A DNA stretch of 64,000 nt from a virus: positions 1 through 64,000 of the IMG/VR virus record IMGVR_UViG_3300037308_000217; one strand, written 5' to 3'. Below are positions 1-8,078 of the stretch, in pieces. Position 1 is the stretch's first letter. Every line of letters begins with the position of its first letter. The position numbers and the translations under genes were made by a program. The notes below the pieces were generated by a model, which searched no databases, was not told the DNA's origin, and saw only the letters and a list, made by a program, of their open reading frames with translations.

Positions 1-525
1 AAGCACATTTCGCGAATAGGCGTAAAATGCGATCCATCCAGAGCCCCTGAGCGAGTCCCAGAGCGAGACCCTGAGCGAGACCCTGAGCGAGTTCCAGAGC
101 GAGCCCCTGAGCGAGTCCCAGAGCGAGACCCTGAGCGAGTTCCAGAGCGAGCCCCTGAGCGAGTCCCAGAGCGAGTCCCTGAGCGAGTCCCTGAGCGAGA
201 CCCTGAGCGAGTTCCAGAGCGAGTCCCAGAGCGAGTCCCTGAGCGAGGCCCTGAGCGAGTTCCAGAGCGAGTCCCAGAGCGAGTCCCTGAGCGAGGCCCT
301 GAGCGAGATCAACGCGGATTCATACTTCTCCGCACCATCTTTCGGGGACAGTACCCAGACGACGTCGTTGACCTTGATGCCGGCGATCTCGGCCATGCGC
401 CTGGCAGCAGCCTCGGCGCGCATCCGGTCGGCCGGTACAGTTGCCGTGGCCTGCCGGAAAAAGCGATTACGGTACTCGGCGACCTTGGACTGCTGCTCGC
501 CGGTCAGTGATGTGATCTTTTTCAT
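1..525 (-). CDS. Tetrapeptide-repeat protein (xxSL)n; the C-terminus runs off the window edge
   Basis: The ATG at 525-523 overlaps the TGA of the upstream gene (ATGA). Translation: MKKITSLTGEQQSKVAEYRNRFFRQATATVPADRMRAEAAARRMAEIAGIKVNDVVWVLSPKDGAEKYESALISLRASLRDSLWDSLWNSL...GSGWIAFYAYSRNVL. The frame stays open to position 1 (175 codons). It is absent from the ORF track because it is truncated. Confidence 0.75.
   Translation of the reverse strand, partial: MKKITSLTGEQQSKVAEYRNRFFRQATATVPADRMRAEAAARRMAEIAGIKVNDVVWVLSPKDGAEKYESALISLRASLRDSLWDSLWNSLRASLRDSLWDSLWNSLRVSLRDSLRDSLWDSLRGSLWNSLRVSLWDSLRGSLWNSLRVSLRVSLWDSLRGSGWIAFYAYSRNVL
49..308. repeat. 12-bp tandem repeat, about 21-22 units (consensus GAGCGAG-NNCCH on the plus strand), lying inside a minus-strand CDS
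   Basis: Units read directly: gagcgagtccca / gagcgagaccct / gagcgagttcca / gagcgagcccct and so on, head to tail with no spacers. The minus-strand frame reads (R/W)(D/N/V/G/A)SL repeated. Confidence 0.95.
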
Positions 526-986
526 GGCTTCTCATTTTCGCCGCCCTGGCGTATGGCGGGCGGGGTGAGGACGGATCGGAGATAGACCACGTAGTCGTCG
601 GTATCGGATCGACCGATCTCAGAGAGCGAGCTAATCACGCCCTCGATCGCCTCGGTCAGCCGCGACACCTCCGAGCGCAGCTCGACCACCTCTTCGAACT
701 GCTGGCGCGCGGTGGCGAGGTCAACACGGCAGTTGCCCAAAAAGATGATGGATTCGTCCTTCTCCCTCGCCAGCGTCTCGCACTTCTCGACGTACCGCGC
801 TAACTCCTGCTGCGTGCCGGCCAATTCGGCGGCCAATGCTTCATGTGCCGGATCATTGAGCAGTCGCACGATCTTCTCGCGCAACTCGTCGGTGGCTCCG
901 ATTTGGCCGCTGACCGTGCGCCAGATGACCCAGCAGCCGCGTTCCAGATCCCAGAGCTGATCGTCACGCCATTCGTAGTGGTTCAT
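522..986 (-). CDS. Hypothetical coiled-coil protein
   Basis: ORF 522..1076 trimmed to the ATG at 986, which follows GGAGGTGGCA. The product MNHYEWRDDQLWDLERG... has a helical, heptad-like C-terminal half. Confidence 0.7.
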   Translation of the reverse strand: MNHYEWRDDQLWDLERGCWVIWRTVSGQIGATDELREKIVRLLNDPAHEALAAELAGTQQELARYVEKCETLAREKDESIIFLGNCRVDLATARQQFEEVVELRSEVSRLTEAIEGVISSLSEIGRSDTDDYVVYLRSVLTPPAIRQGGENEKP

Positions 987-1215
987 TGCCACCTCCATCT
1001 GGTTTCCACGGCCCGCGATAAAATTCGCAGACCGGCCAGGGTTGTCGTGATCGCTTCCAATGCCAGGCATGAGCACGATCTAGCCGGTATTCCCATACCC
1101 GATACCAGTGCCGTGCCGGATTGATGCCTGGACACTGGCGGTTGACCTTGCGCCGCTCCAGGCCACAGTGCACGCAGAACTCAAGGTCAATTACCGCTTT
1201 CCACCGATGTCGCAT
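964..1215 (-). CDS. Small Cys-containing hypothetical protein
   Basis: ORF 964..1230. The internal ATG at 1215 follows AAAGGAGTGGCG. The product contains CVHCG...C. It overlaps the next gene by 23 nt. Confidence 0.45.
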   Translation of the reverse strand: MRHRWKAVIDLEFCVHCGLERRKVNRQCPGINPARHWYRVWEYRLDRAHAWHWKRSRQPWPVCEFYRGPWKPDGGGNEPLRMA

Positions 1216-1234
1216 CGCCACTCCTTTCATAGCG

Positions 1235-1969
1235 TCACTTCCAAAACCAACGATCCTTGGCCGGTATCACCTTTTCCAGCGGGGCACCCGGGGCCGGCAC
1301 ATGAGCCGGCACCACCGGGGTCACGTTGACGACCGCCCGGAGCCCACTTCCCGCTGTCGTCGTGGCCATCACGTTCGCTTTCTTGAGCGCAGCGACCAAG
1401 TCCCCAGTCGTGGCCATCCATTCCGGAAACTCGGTGTAGCAAGCGCCGATCCGCCGCGGGTCGTGGGCGTCGCTCCCGCCCGTCCCCGGCAGCTCCAGGA
1501 ACATCGCCGCCCTGGCCGCTTTCTCGTTGCAGCTGACCCGCGCCAGGCTGGCCGCACATTGCCCGTTCGCCACCTCCACCCCCGCCATCCCTTGGAGCTG
1601 GAACACGCCGCCGCCCAGCGTTGACCGGTAACCGTGGTAGGGGTGGCTTGGCACCACCACACCGCCAGCCGCGTTGACCCGGTCGATCACGGTCTGCATC
1701 GGCGGGTAGAGCCCCATGGCCAGCTCCTCGACATCGACCCCGAACACCAGGACGTGCCCTTCCAGAGCGCTGTACTCGCATCCGGAAAACACGACCAGCC
1801 CCAGCGCGCGGCACGCCCGGGCAACCTCCAGCCCTTCCGCGGTATGAGTCTTGTGGTGGTCGGTAATGGCCAGGCCGTCAAGCCCGGCCGCCTTGGCCGA
1901 CTGGGCAATCTCCCAGGGCTGACCCGTGCCGTCGCTGCCCCTCGTGTGGACGTGAAGGTCAACCTTCAT
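1235..1969 (-). CDS. PHP-family metal-dependent phosphoesterase
   Basis: MKVDLHVHTRGSDGTG...AITDHH...SHP...GGSDAH is the PHP His/Asp pattern. The start was moved to the ATG at 1969, after GGGAGGTGGGCC. The ORF-track N-terminal extension is just the promoter sequence translated. Confidence 0.85.
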   Translation of the reverse strand: MKVDLHVHTRGSDGTGQPWEIAQSAKAAGLDGLAITDHHKTHTAEGLEVARACRALGLVVFSGCEYSALEGHVLVFGVDVEELAMGLYPPMQTVIDRVNAAGGVVVPSHPYHGYRSTLGGGVFQLQGMAGVEVANGQCAASLARVSCNEKAARAAMFLELPGTGGSDAHDPRRIGACYTEFPEWMATTGDLVAALKKANVMATTTAGSGLRAVVNVTPVVPAHVPAPGAPLEKVIPAKDRWFWK

Positions 1970-2023
1970 GGCCCACCTCCCTTCCAACTCTGTCGCGTGC
2001 CCCATGCTGCGACCTCCAATAAC

Positions 2024-2052
2024 AATATACGGCATTATGCCGTGCATTGCAA
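2024..2052 (-). promoter_or_regulatory. Sigma70-type promoter with a spacer palindrome (copy 1)
   Basis: Minus strand reads TTGCAA-tgcACGGCATAATGCCG-TATATT with a 17-nt spacer. It lies in a 106-nt intergenic gap upstream of the PHP gene. Confidence 0.7.
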
Positions 2053-2075
2053 CTTCATTCGACGTGATTGGCTTG

Positions 2076-2411
2076 CTACTTCCGGGGAACCGCCGTGAAT
2101 AGCTCGACCCGCACCGCCCACCCCAAGTCGGTCAGCTTGACGCCCAGCACCGCGACAAAGTCCGGGTTGTACTGCTCGATCAGCTCGCGCAACGCCGTCT
2201 GCTCGGCTACCTCCCTGGTCAGCGTGGCATCGGGTATCAGGACAGTCACCACAGCCCCGACGCCCACCGGTGGCCCCCGCGGGTCCACCTTCCGCTCGTC
2301 GATCATGTGCTCGCATAGCCCCTCGTCCGCCCACCGTCCGCATTCCGGACAGTGCTCATTGCCCTGAGCTGGGCCGCAGCTCGGGCAGCGGGTGTCACCG
2401 CAAAAGCACAT
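2076..2411 (-). CDS. Cys-rich (zinc-binding) hypothetical protein
   Basis: MCFCGDTRCPSCGPAQGNEHCPECGRW... The ATG at 2411 follows GGAAGGGG at suitable spacing. Confidence 0.7.
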   Translation of the reverse strand: MCFCGDTRCPSCGPAQGNEHCPECGRWADEGLCEHMIDERKVDPRGPPVGVGAVVTVLIPDATLTREVAEQTALRELIEQYNPDFVAVLGVKLTDLGWAVRVELFTAVPRK

Positions 2412-3195
2412 CGCCATCCCCTTCCGCCGGCTTCTCGGCCGGCTGTGCAGGTTGCTCCTCCAGGAGCGGGCGACTCCCTGTAAATCCCGCCCACAGCCTG
2501 GCTTGGATCATCTGCTCCAGCTCGAAAGTCGTCTTGTACGCACCTGGCCGGATTGGCACCTGAAATCCCCACAGCTCGCGGGCTGCCCCGACCAAAACGA
2601 GCTGAAAGAACCGGCCGTGCGGAGCGCGCTTGGAACCGTGGCGCTGGCGCTGGGTGTCGCGCCGGTAGATCCGGCAGTGCACCAACTCGTGCAGCAGCGT
2701 CCCCAGGACGGCCCCACCGTTCTTGTCCGGATCGAAACCCCGCGGCAACCGGACCACCGCCTCCCGGCCACCCCAGGCCACCCCCGTCGAGTACCCACCC
2801 CCGTAGCGCGTCCGCCCGATCGTGATGGGGGGAATCGGCTCCCAGTCGTCCGGATGGACCTTCCGCAGCGCCTGCCACATCTCGCGCGCCCAGGTCTGCA
2901 AGTCCTTCCCCTGGATGCTGTACGTCTGGGGCGCCCGCTGCTTGGCCCGCTCCTGCTCGGCCGCCTTCCGGAAAGCCTGCGCCTCCCGGCGCTGAGCCCT
3001 CGCCCGCTTGGCCTTCTCCTGGCGCTGCACCACTGCCGCCACCCGCTGAGACTCCAGGCTTGGGCACACCCGGGCGACCAGCCGGCCCGTTTTCTTGGAA
3101 CAGGCCAGGCAGAAGCGGCGCACGTCGTCGCACCGAGGCTTAGACGGCGCCAACACCCCGCGCCCGCATATCTTGCACACCCAACGCTTTTGCAT
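2395..3195 (-). CDS. SprT-like zinc metalloprotease with an N-terminal zinc ribbon (ArdC-C-terminal-like)
   Basis: HExxH motif in LGTLLHELVHCRIYRR, N-terminal CKICG...CLAC, and a basic coiled linker. Confidence 0.7.
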   Translation of the reverse strand: MQKRWVCKICGRGVLAPSKPRCDDVRRFCLACSKKTGRLVARVCPSLESQRVAAVVQRQEKAKRARAQRREAQAFRKAAEQERAKQRAPQTYSIQGKDLQTWAREMWQALRKVHPDDWEPIPPITIGRTRYGGGYSTGVAWGGREAVVRLPRGFDPDKNGGAVLGTLLHELVHCRIYRRDTQRQRHGSKRAPHGRFFQLVLVGAARELWGFQVPIRPGAYKTTFELEQMIQARLWAGFTGSRPLLEEQPAQPAEKPAEGDGDVLLR

Positions 3196-3204
3196 GGCGC
3201 ACTC

Positions 3205-3393
3205 CTACTCCTCGACCGTGACCTGGCCGATCGTGTTGCCGTTGCTGTCCCGGACCGACATGCCGGGGTTCTGGCCGCTGGCGTGCTTGACCAGCACCCG
3301 CCGCACGCCGTCGAGCACATCGCTCAGCTCCTGCGCCATCCCGTTGTCCGCGAACGCCGCGTTGTCCGTCGAGAACTCGATCGTGATCTTCAT
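3205..3393 (-). CDS. Small hypothetical protein (62 aa)
   Basis: This is the C-terminal part of ORF 3205..3942. The ATG at 3393 follows GGAGGCTGCC. Product: MKITIEFSTDNAAFADNG... Confidence 0.6.
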   Translation of the reverse strand: MKITIEFSTDNAAFADNGMAQELSDVLDGVRRVLVKHASGQNPGMSVRDSNGNTIGQVTVEE

Positions 3394-3410
3394 GGCAGCC
3401 TCCAACGGCG

Positions 3411-3857
3411 CTACCAAAGCGCCGACTTTTCCCGCATCGAAATGAACTGGCCATCCCCGACGATGACGTGATCCACCAGCTCGATCCCCAGCAGCCCCAG
3501 CCCGTCCTTCACCCGCTTGGTGACCTCGCGGTCCTCCGGGGAAGCATTCAGGTCCCCGGACGGGTGGTTGTGCACCAGCATCACCCCGGACGATCCGGAA
3601 AGCAGGGCCGCCCGCGCGATGCCCGCGACATCCACCGGGCACCGGTCGCCCGTCCCCTGGCCCACCTGGACCGCGCCCAGCAGCCGGTGGCGCTGGTCGC
3701 AGTAGAACGCCATCATGTGCTCGCAAGCTGGGGCCCCGAACAGCATGTTGAACGCTGAAACCACAGCCAGGGGCGAGTCCAGCAACGGCCGGCTCTCGTA
3801 GGGCACCGACCGATCCTTGACCAGCTGCACGCTCCAGAGTGGCCGATAGCTCGTCAT
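3411..3857 (-). CDS. radC: RadC-like JAB/MPN domain protein
   Basis: JAMM motif HNHPSGDLNASPED. The start was moved to the ATG at 3857, after GAGGGAGGCTCCC. Confidence 0.85.
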   Translation of the reverse strand: MTSYRPLWSVQLVKDRSVPYESRPLLDSPLAVVSAFNMLFGAPACEHMMAFYCDQRHRLLGAVQVGQGTGDRCPVDVAGIARAALLSGSSGVMLVHNHPSGDLNASPEDREVTKRVKDGLGLLGIELVDHVIVGDGQFISMREKSALW

Positions 3858-3868
3858 GGGAGCCTCCC

Positions 3869-4087
3869 TCACGCGGCCAGGACAGCGTCCGCCGCTTTGC
3901 TCGCCCACTCCCGCAGCCCCGTGTCGGCCAGGTCAACGTCAACCCCGCCGCACTTGGGGCATCCCCTCATCGCAGCCGACATCGCAGCCCGGACCGTCCG
4001 GAAGCGGTGCCCGCACTCCAGGCACTGCCAGTCGCACCGGTCACCCAGCCGCGCCGCCAGCCCGTCCCGCTTCCGTCCCCGCTCCAT
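3869..4087 (-). CDS. Zinc-ribbon protein (72 aa)
   Basis: CLECGHRF...CPKCGG. The ATG at 4087 follows GGAAGGGAGGCGGGTC. It is the first gene downstream of promoter copy 2. Confidence 0.65.
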   Translation of the reverse strand: MERGRKRDGLAARLGDRCDWQCLECGHRFRTVRAAMSAAMRGCPKCGGVDVDLADTGLREWASKAADAVLAA

Positions 4088-4118
4088 GACCCGCCTCCCT
4101 TCCGGAACCTCCAACCAC

Positions 4119-4147
4119 AATATACGGCATTTTGCCGTGATATGCAA
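4119..4147 (-). promoter_or_regulatory. Sigma70-type promoter with a spacer palindrome (copy 2)
   Basis: Minus strand reads TTGCAT-atcACGGCAAAATGCCG-TATATT with a 17-nt spacer. An A/T-rich stretch (TTATTTGC) lies just upstream. Confidence 0.75.
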
Positions 4148-4188
4148 GCAAATAAAGAGAGGGCGCAACAGCCCGATTTTCCGGAAGA

Positions 4189-4226
4189 TTAACGGCCCCG
4201 TTGACCGGGATTAACGGAACCGTTTA
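4189..4226. promoter_or_regulatory. Two tandem small palindromes, TTAACGG-NN-CCGTT, with starts 22 bp apart
   Basis: gaTTAACGGccCCGTTgaccgggaTTAACGGaaCCGTTta lies 45-80 nt upstream of promoter copy 2. Confidence 0.4.
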
Positions 4227-4234
4227 TCGAGGGC

Positions 4235-4423
4235 TCAGCAAAACTTTAGGCATAACTGCTCGGGCTGAGGATCGCGGGGGAACGGCAACTCCTGCTGCGG
4301 GTCGGTCATGCGGTGCCAATCGCGGATTGCCTCAGTGAACTGCTGCGCGCTCACCTCATCCGGAACTGTAAGCGCAACGGTCACGTTCTTTGGAAGGAAC
4401 TGGACTTGGGATGTGCCAGCCAT
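4235..4423 (-). CDS. Small hypothetical protein
   Basis: ORF 4235..4435. The ATG at 4423 follows GAGGTGTTCG. An alternative GTG at 4435 overlaps the dNK stop (GTGA). Confidence 0.55.
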   Translation of the reverse strand: MAGTSQVQFLPKNVTVALTVPDEVSAQQFTEAIRDWHRMTDPQQELPFPRDPQPEQLCLKFC

Positions 4424-4431
4424 CGAACACC

Positions 4432-5142
4432 TCACATCAACAGCCGCCGGTGCGCATCCAGGAACGTGTCCTGGGGCTCCCAGCGGGCAATGCGGGACAC
4501 CAGACCGCGGATAATGTCCGCTCTCACCGGGGAATCCGGTGGCAGGTCAGCGTCCCACGGTATGTCCAGAACCTGCGTCCCCATCTCCGACAGAACGCCC
4601 ACCATGCGCTCGATCTCCCGGTCCAGGGACAGCAGGTAATTCAGGTCGATTGCTTTCTCGCAGCACCGGCCAGGCCGAGCCTTGGCCCGGCTTTCGATGC
4701 GCCTGTTGGCCACCTCTGGGTCCACCAGCAGCCGCAGACAGATCGAGGGGAACAGCACCGACGCCGTCATGTCCTGGTACAGGCCGCGGTACGTCTCAAA
4801 TTCTCGCAGCGTCATCTTTCCGGAGCCCACCAGCATCCGGGCAAAGCAGGTGTCACCGTAGTAGGAGCGATCCAGGATCACCGGCCCTTGGCCGCTCAGC
4901 GCGTGCCACTGGGCCACCTGCTGCATCCGGAACCGGATGGCCAGCAGGTGGACCTGCATCGTGAGCCCCCACCTGGTCGGGTCGGCGTAGTAGTCATCCA
5001 GGTACGGGTTGCCGCTCTCCTCGTCGGGCTCGATCAGAGTCATCGCACCGGGCAGCAACTTCCCCAGCTCGGCGGCCAGGGTGCTTTTTCCGGAAGCAAT
5101 CAACCCCTCAACCGCCACCACTGGACAACGCTTACCCGGCAT
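4432..5142 (-). CDS. Deoxynucleoside kinase (dCK/dGK family)
   Basis: P-loop VEGLIASGKSTL, a DRS motif (ILDRSYYGD) and a lid region RIESRAKARPGR. The RBS is GGAGGT. Confidence 0.85.
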   Translation of the reverse strand: MPGKRCPVVAVEGLIASGKSTLAAELGKLLPGAMTLIEPDEESGNPYLDDYYADPTRWGLTMQVHLLAIRFRMQQVAQWHALSGQGPVILDRSYYGDTCFARMLVGSGKMTLREFETYRGLYQDMTASVLFPSICLRLLVDPEVANRRIESRAKARPGRCCEKAIDLNYLLSLDREIERMVGVLSEMGTQVLDIPWDADLPPDSPVRADIIRGLVSRIARWEPQDTFLDAHRRLLM

Positions 5143-5455
5143 GGGGGACCTCCAGGATGGTCGGCACCACCGTTTGCTTGGCCGCCTCGACGAAACGATT
5201 GTACGCCTCGTCGCTGAGCCGCTCGCAGGCGTGCGCCATCCGCACCTGGCCGAAAAAGTTGCCCAGCTCCATCAAGTAGGTGTGGTAGGCGCGGCGCTGC
5301 TCTCGGGCGGGTAGGGACTCGGACGGGCTGAGCGCGGTCAGGACATCGCACTGGATGCGCCGCACTTTCAAGTCGTCGAGCCTCCCCCGCAGAAAGGCTT
5401 GAACCTGGTCCTCGGTGCGGAGCGCTTCCCCTGGGTGGTCATCGAAGTAGGACAT
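5132..5455 (-). CDS. Hypothetical protein
   Basis: ORF with RBS AGGAGGGCAGC before the ATG at 5455. Third codon positions are GC-rich. Confidence 0.65.
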   Translation of the reverse strand: MSYFDDHPGEALRTEDQVQAFLRGRLDDLKVRRIQCDVLTALSPSESLPAREQRRAYHTYLMELGNFFGQVRMAHACERLSDEAYNRFVEAAKQTVVPTILEVPHAG

Positions 5456-5501
5456 GCTGCCCTCCTACCAACCACATTGCGCAGACCACCCGCCGATCGC
5501 T

Positions 5502-5771
5502 CTACGGTGGCGCCATTCCCCCGGCCCCGCCTACCCCCAGCCGGGATTGGACGCGCCGCAGCAGGGCCTCGCACTTGGAAACCGCCAGCGTGCTCCCCGC
5601 GCACGCTTGCTCTTGCAGCCGCAGGAGATCGCGCTGCAACACCACCCGTTCCTCAAGAATTTGGATGCGCTGGTGCTGGAAGTACACGGGCAACCCCCAC
5701 ATCACCGCACCGAACAGCAGGGCCAGCACTACGAACACCAGCGCCACAACCACAGGCGAGACTGCCAGCAC
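5502..5771 (-). CDS. Small membrane protein with one TM helix and a coiled coil; start uncertain
   Basis: The C-terminal part of ORF 5502..6068 reads LAVSPVVVALVFVVLALLFGAVMWGL...LQRDLLRLQEQ. GC3 is high in this frame. The candidate GTG start at 5771 has no well-placed RBS. Confidence 0.5.
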   Translation of the reverse strand: MLAVSPVVVALVFVVLALLFGAVMWGLPVYFQHQRIQILEERVVLQRDLLRLQEQACAGSTLAVSKCEALLRRVQSRLGVGGAGGMAPP

Positions 5772-5859
5772 CCCGAAATTGACCAGCGGAGCCCCTCCGC
5801 TCCCTCCAGGCTGCGCTTCCTGCCAGGGGTCGGTATCAGGAGCCGGCCCCCTCCCCGAT

Positions 5860-6159
5860 CTACTCCCTGGGGGCGCCACGGCGCGGCCGCTCCACTGGGG
5901 TCTGGTCCGCGTGGTCAACGAACCAGACCGCGACCTGGTCAAGCAGCTGCCGGTGCTGCTCCAGGTCGCGCGGTCGCAGGTACTTGCTGACGAACATCTC
6001 GGGGGTCCCATCTTCTTTCTGGCCAGGGGTCTGCCGGCTGCAAACGTAGCAGTAGGCGCGACCGCCATCCCGCCGCGCCTTGCTCGTGATCGAGGCGCTC
6101 AAATCGCCCACCGTGAGCACAGCTTCTTGCACCCAGCCGTTGTCTTTTCCGCTGTTCAT
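5860..6159 (-). CDS. Hypothetical protein
   Basis: The ATG at 6159 follows GAGGGCTGC, directly downstream of the dUTPase stop. Confidence 0.6.
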   Translation of the reverse strand: MNSGKDNGWVQEAVLTVGDLSASITSKARRDGGRAYCYVCSRQTPGQKEDGTPEMFVSKYLRPRDLEQHRQLLDQVAVWFVDHADQTPVERPRRGAPRE

Positions 6160-6166
6160 GCAGCCC

Positions 6167-6628
6167 TCAGAATCCGGTGGAACCGAACCCCCGCGGCCCC
6201 CGCACCGTCGCGGGCAGCTCGTTGACGTGCGCCCACTCTACAGCAGGCACTGCGCGGATGGCAATCTGCGCGATGCGCTGGCCGGGCTCGATCATCACCT
6301 TGTCGCCGAGCGACACCAGCAAAACCTTGATCTCCCCGCGGTAATCGGAGTCGATCGTGCCAGGTGCGTTGGGGATGACGATGCCCTGCATGGCCAATCC
6401 GGACCGCAACCTGATCTGGCCTTCGTACCCGTCCGGGATCGCGACCTCCAACCCCACGGGGATGGCAACCGGCCTCTCCCGGGGCCAAATGGCCTTAGGC
6501 TTGTCGATCCACGCGGTCAGGTCCCAGCAAGCCGATCCCGCGGTCCCCAGCACCGGGAACGGGCTGACCACCGATCCGGCCTTGGTGACCGGGTTGTCGG
6601 CCGCCCTGCACACCAGCACCGTGACCAT
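6167..6628 (-). CDS. dut: dUTP diphosphatase (trimeric dUTPase)
   Basis: AGSACWDL, GTIDSDYRGEIKV and RGPRGFGSTG motifs. The start was trimmed to the ATG at 6628, after GGAAGGGAG. Length is 153 aa. Confidence 0.9.
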   Translation of the reverse strand: MVTVLVCRAADNPVTKAGSVVSPFPVLGTAGSACWDLTAWIDKPKAIWPRERPVAIPVGLEVAIPDGYEGQIRLRSGLAMQGIVIPNAPGTIDSDYRGEIKVLLVSLGDKVMIEPGQRIAQIAIRAVPAVEWAHVNELPATVRGPRGFGSTGF

Positions 6629-7047
6629 CACTGGCTCCCTTCCGGCTTGCTGGTGGGGAAGCCATCGGGCCGGGCCGGGCACTCCCCGCAGTTGCCGTCG
6701 CACTCGGTCTGGACCGGCTCCTCGCCCTCGCCGGGCTCCTCGACCCCCAGCATCCCCAGAATCCACGCCGGCCCCAGCTGCTGGGCCAGATAGTGATTCA
6801 GGTCCCGCACCGCCTCGGTCAGCATGGCGGGGTGCTTCCGCCCGATGTCCTTCAGCCCGTTGACCAGGACCCCGGTCAGCAGACCGGAGCTGCCGCAGGC
6901 CAGCGCGTCCACACGGGCTTCCCCCTTTTTCCCCGGTTCCGCAACCACGAACAGCACCGACAAGCCGGTGCTGTCCACCACGCGCCGCAGCAACCGCAGA
7001 AATGCCGACGACTTCCGGACATCCTTGTGAAACTTGCTGCCTTCCAT
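6628..7047 (-). CDS. Hypothetical protein
   Basis: ORF whose stop is coupled to the dut start. The C-terminus contains ECDGNCGEC. Confidence 0.6.
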   Translation of the reverse strand: MEGSKFHKDVRKSSAFLRLLRRVVDSTGLSVLFVVAEPGKKGEARVDALACGSSGLLTGVLVNGLKDIGRKHPAMLTEAVRDLNHYLAQQLGPAWILGMLGVEEPGEGEEPVQTECDGNCGECPARPDGFPTSKPEGSQ

Positions 7048-7056
7048 TGTAGCCCC

Positions 7057-7431
7057 CTATTCCGCCGCTGGCGCGTCCGGAGCGGACAGGTCCAGCGGCC
7101 GCTGTTTGGTCTGGACATAGCTCTGCATCACATCGTAGGTCAACCGCTTCCCCGGGGCAGCCGCTGCCACCTTGGCGCAATGCCCCGCCAGGCACAGCAG
7201 GCCACCCCCGCAATCAACATCAACGTGGCACTCCTCGACCCCGCGCTTCACGCAGGTCGCCTCCAGCACTGCGATGCGCTCGCGCATGGCTGCGCTCTGG
7301 GTCGTGGCCACCTCAAACACCGACCTGGTCATCAAGTCGGCCTCTTTCCCACCTTGCACGCTCTTGTAGAGCGAGCCCAGCGCAGTCAGCAGCGCGGCGA
7401 TGGCGGCGATCAATGCGGCGTAGTTTTTCAT
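7057..7431 (-). CDS. Membrane-anchored or secreted Cys-rich protein
   Basis: The ATG at 7431 overlaps the methyltransferase stop (ATGA). The N-terminus MKNYAALIAAIAALLTALGSL is hydrophobic, and a CHVDVDCGGGLLCLAGHC cluster follows. Confidence 0.6.
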   Translation of the reverse strand: MKNYAALIAAIAALLTALGSLYKSVQGGKEADLMTRSVFEVATTQSAAMRERIAVLEATCVKRGVEECHVDVDCGGGLLCLAGHCAKVAAAAPGKRLTYDVMQSYVQTKQRPLDLSAPDAPAAE

Positions 7432-8078
7432 TTCCGCTCCAGTGCTGGCACTTCCGGAAGCCAGTACAGCTCGGTCGGCCCGTTGTGCCCGGCTGACCAG
7501 GTCACGAAGCAATAATCCGCGGTGTCGGTCCCCGTCGCCTCATACTCGGGGTTGGTGAACTTTGGCCGGTTGGCCAGGATGTGAACCGCGGCCGGCGGGT
7601 GCTCCCGGAAAAAGCGCGCCCGCTCAGCACTCGACAGAAACCCCTGGCGCAGCAGGAACGTCACGGTCGTCCCCAGCTCCAGGCTGCGCTGGATGAAGTC
7701 CATAGCCAGCGTGAAAGGCGGATTCCCGACGACCAGGTCAAAGGGCTGGTCAATGAAGGGGCCATTCCAATGCGTGGTCCGCGCCCAGCGCGCCGTTTCC
7801 GGAGCCAGGTAGTCGCCGGTCATCGACTCGTTGGCCTCCGGCCAGGGGCCGACGCCAGGGTCGGTGTCCACCGCCAAGATGTGCGCTTCCGGAAAGTAGA
7901 ACCGAGCCCCGCGCGTGAACTCGCCCCGCCCGGCACCTGGGTCCAGGATGAATCTCGGCGCCCGGCCCTCCCCCCAGCGCGGGATGATGATGTGCTCGAA
8001 ACATTGCTTCACCGCCCACTTGGGCGTGTAGTAGCGGTCGCCGGTCACGCTCGGGCGCTTGGCATTCTTGGCGGTCAT
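7428..8078 (-). CDS. Orphan DNA N6-adenine methyltransferase
   Basis: Motif I is ILDPGAGRGEF and motif IV is VVGNPPF. The start was trimmed to the ATG at 8078, after GGAGGCGTGCAA. No restriction partner is nearby. Confidence 0.8.
   Translation of the reverse strand: MTAKNAKRPSVTGDRYYTPKWAVKQCFEHIIIPRWGEGRAPRFILDPGAGRGEFTRGARFYFPEAHILAVDTDPGVGPWPEANESMTGDYLAPETARWARTTHWNGPFIDQPFDLVVGNPPFTLAMDFIQRSLELGTTVTFLLRQGFLSSAERARFFREHPPAAVHILANRPKFTNPEYEATGTDTADYCFVTWSAGHNGPTELYWLPEVPALERK

Noticed and set aside
49-308. The tandem repeat could be mistaken for a CRISPR array or a non-coding satellite.
   Set aside because: The period is only 12 bp and there are no unique spacers. The array lies inside an open minus-strand frame that starts with a coupled ATG at 525 and continues past the repeat, so it is coding.
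1970-2047. N-terminal extensions containing MPYIV/MPYVV in several track ORFs (1235..2047, 9551..10225, 52489..53754, 53685..53903).
   Set aside because: The shared peptide is simply the translated promoter/operator element (ATGCCGTATATTGTT). The real starts, with GGAGG-type RBS, lie downstream.
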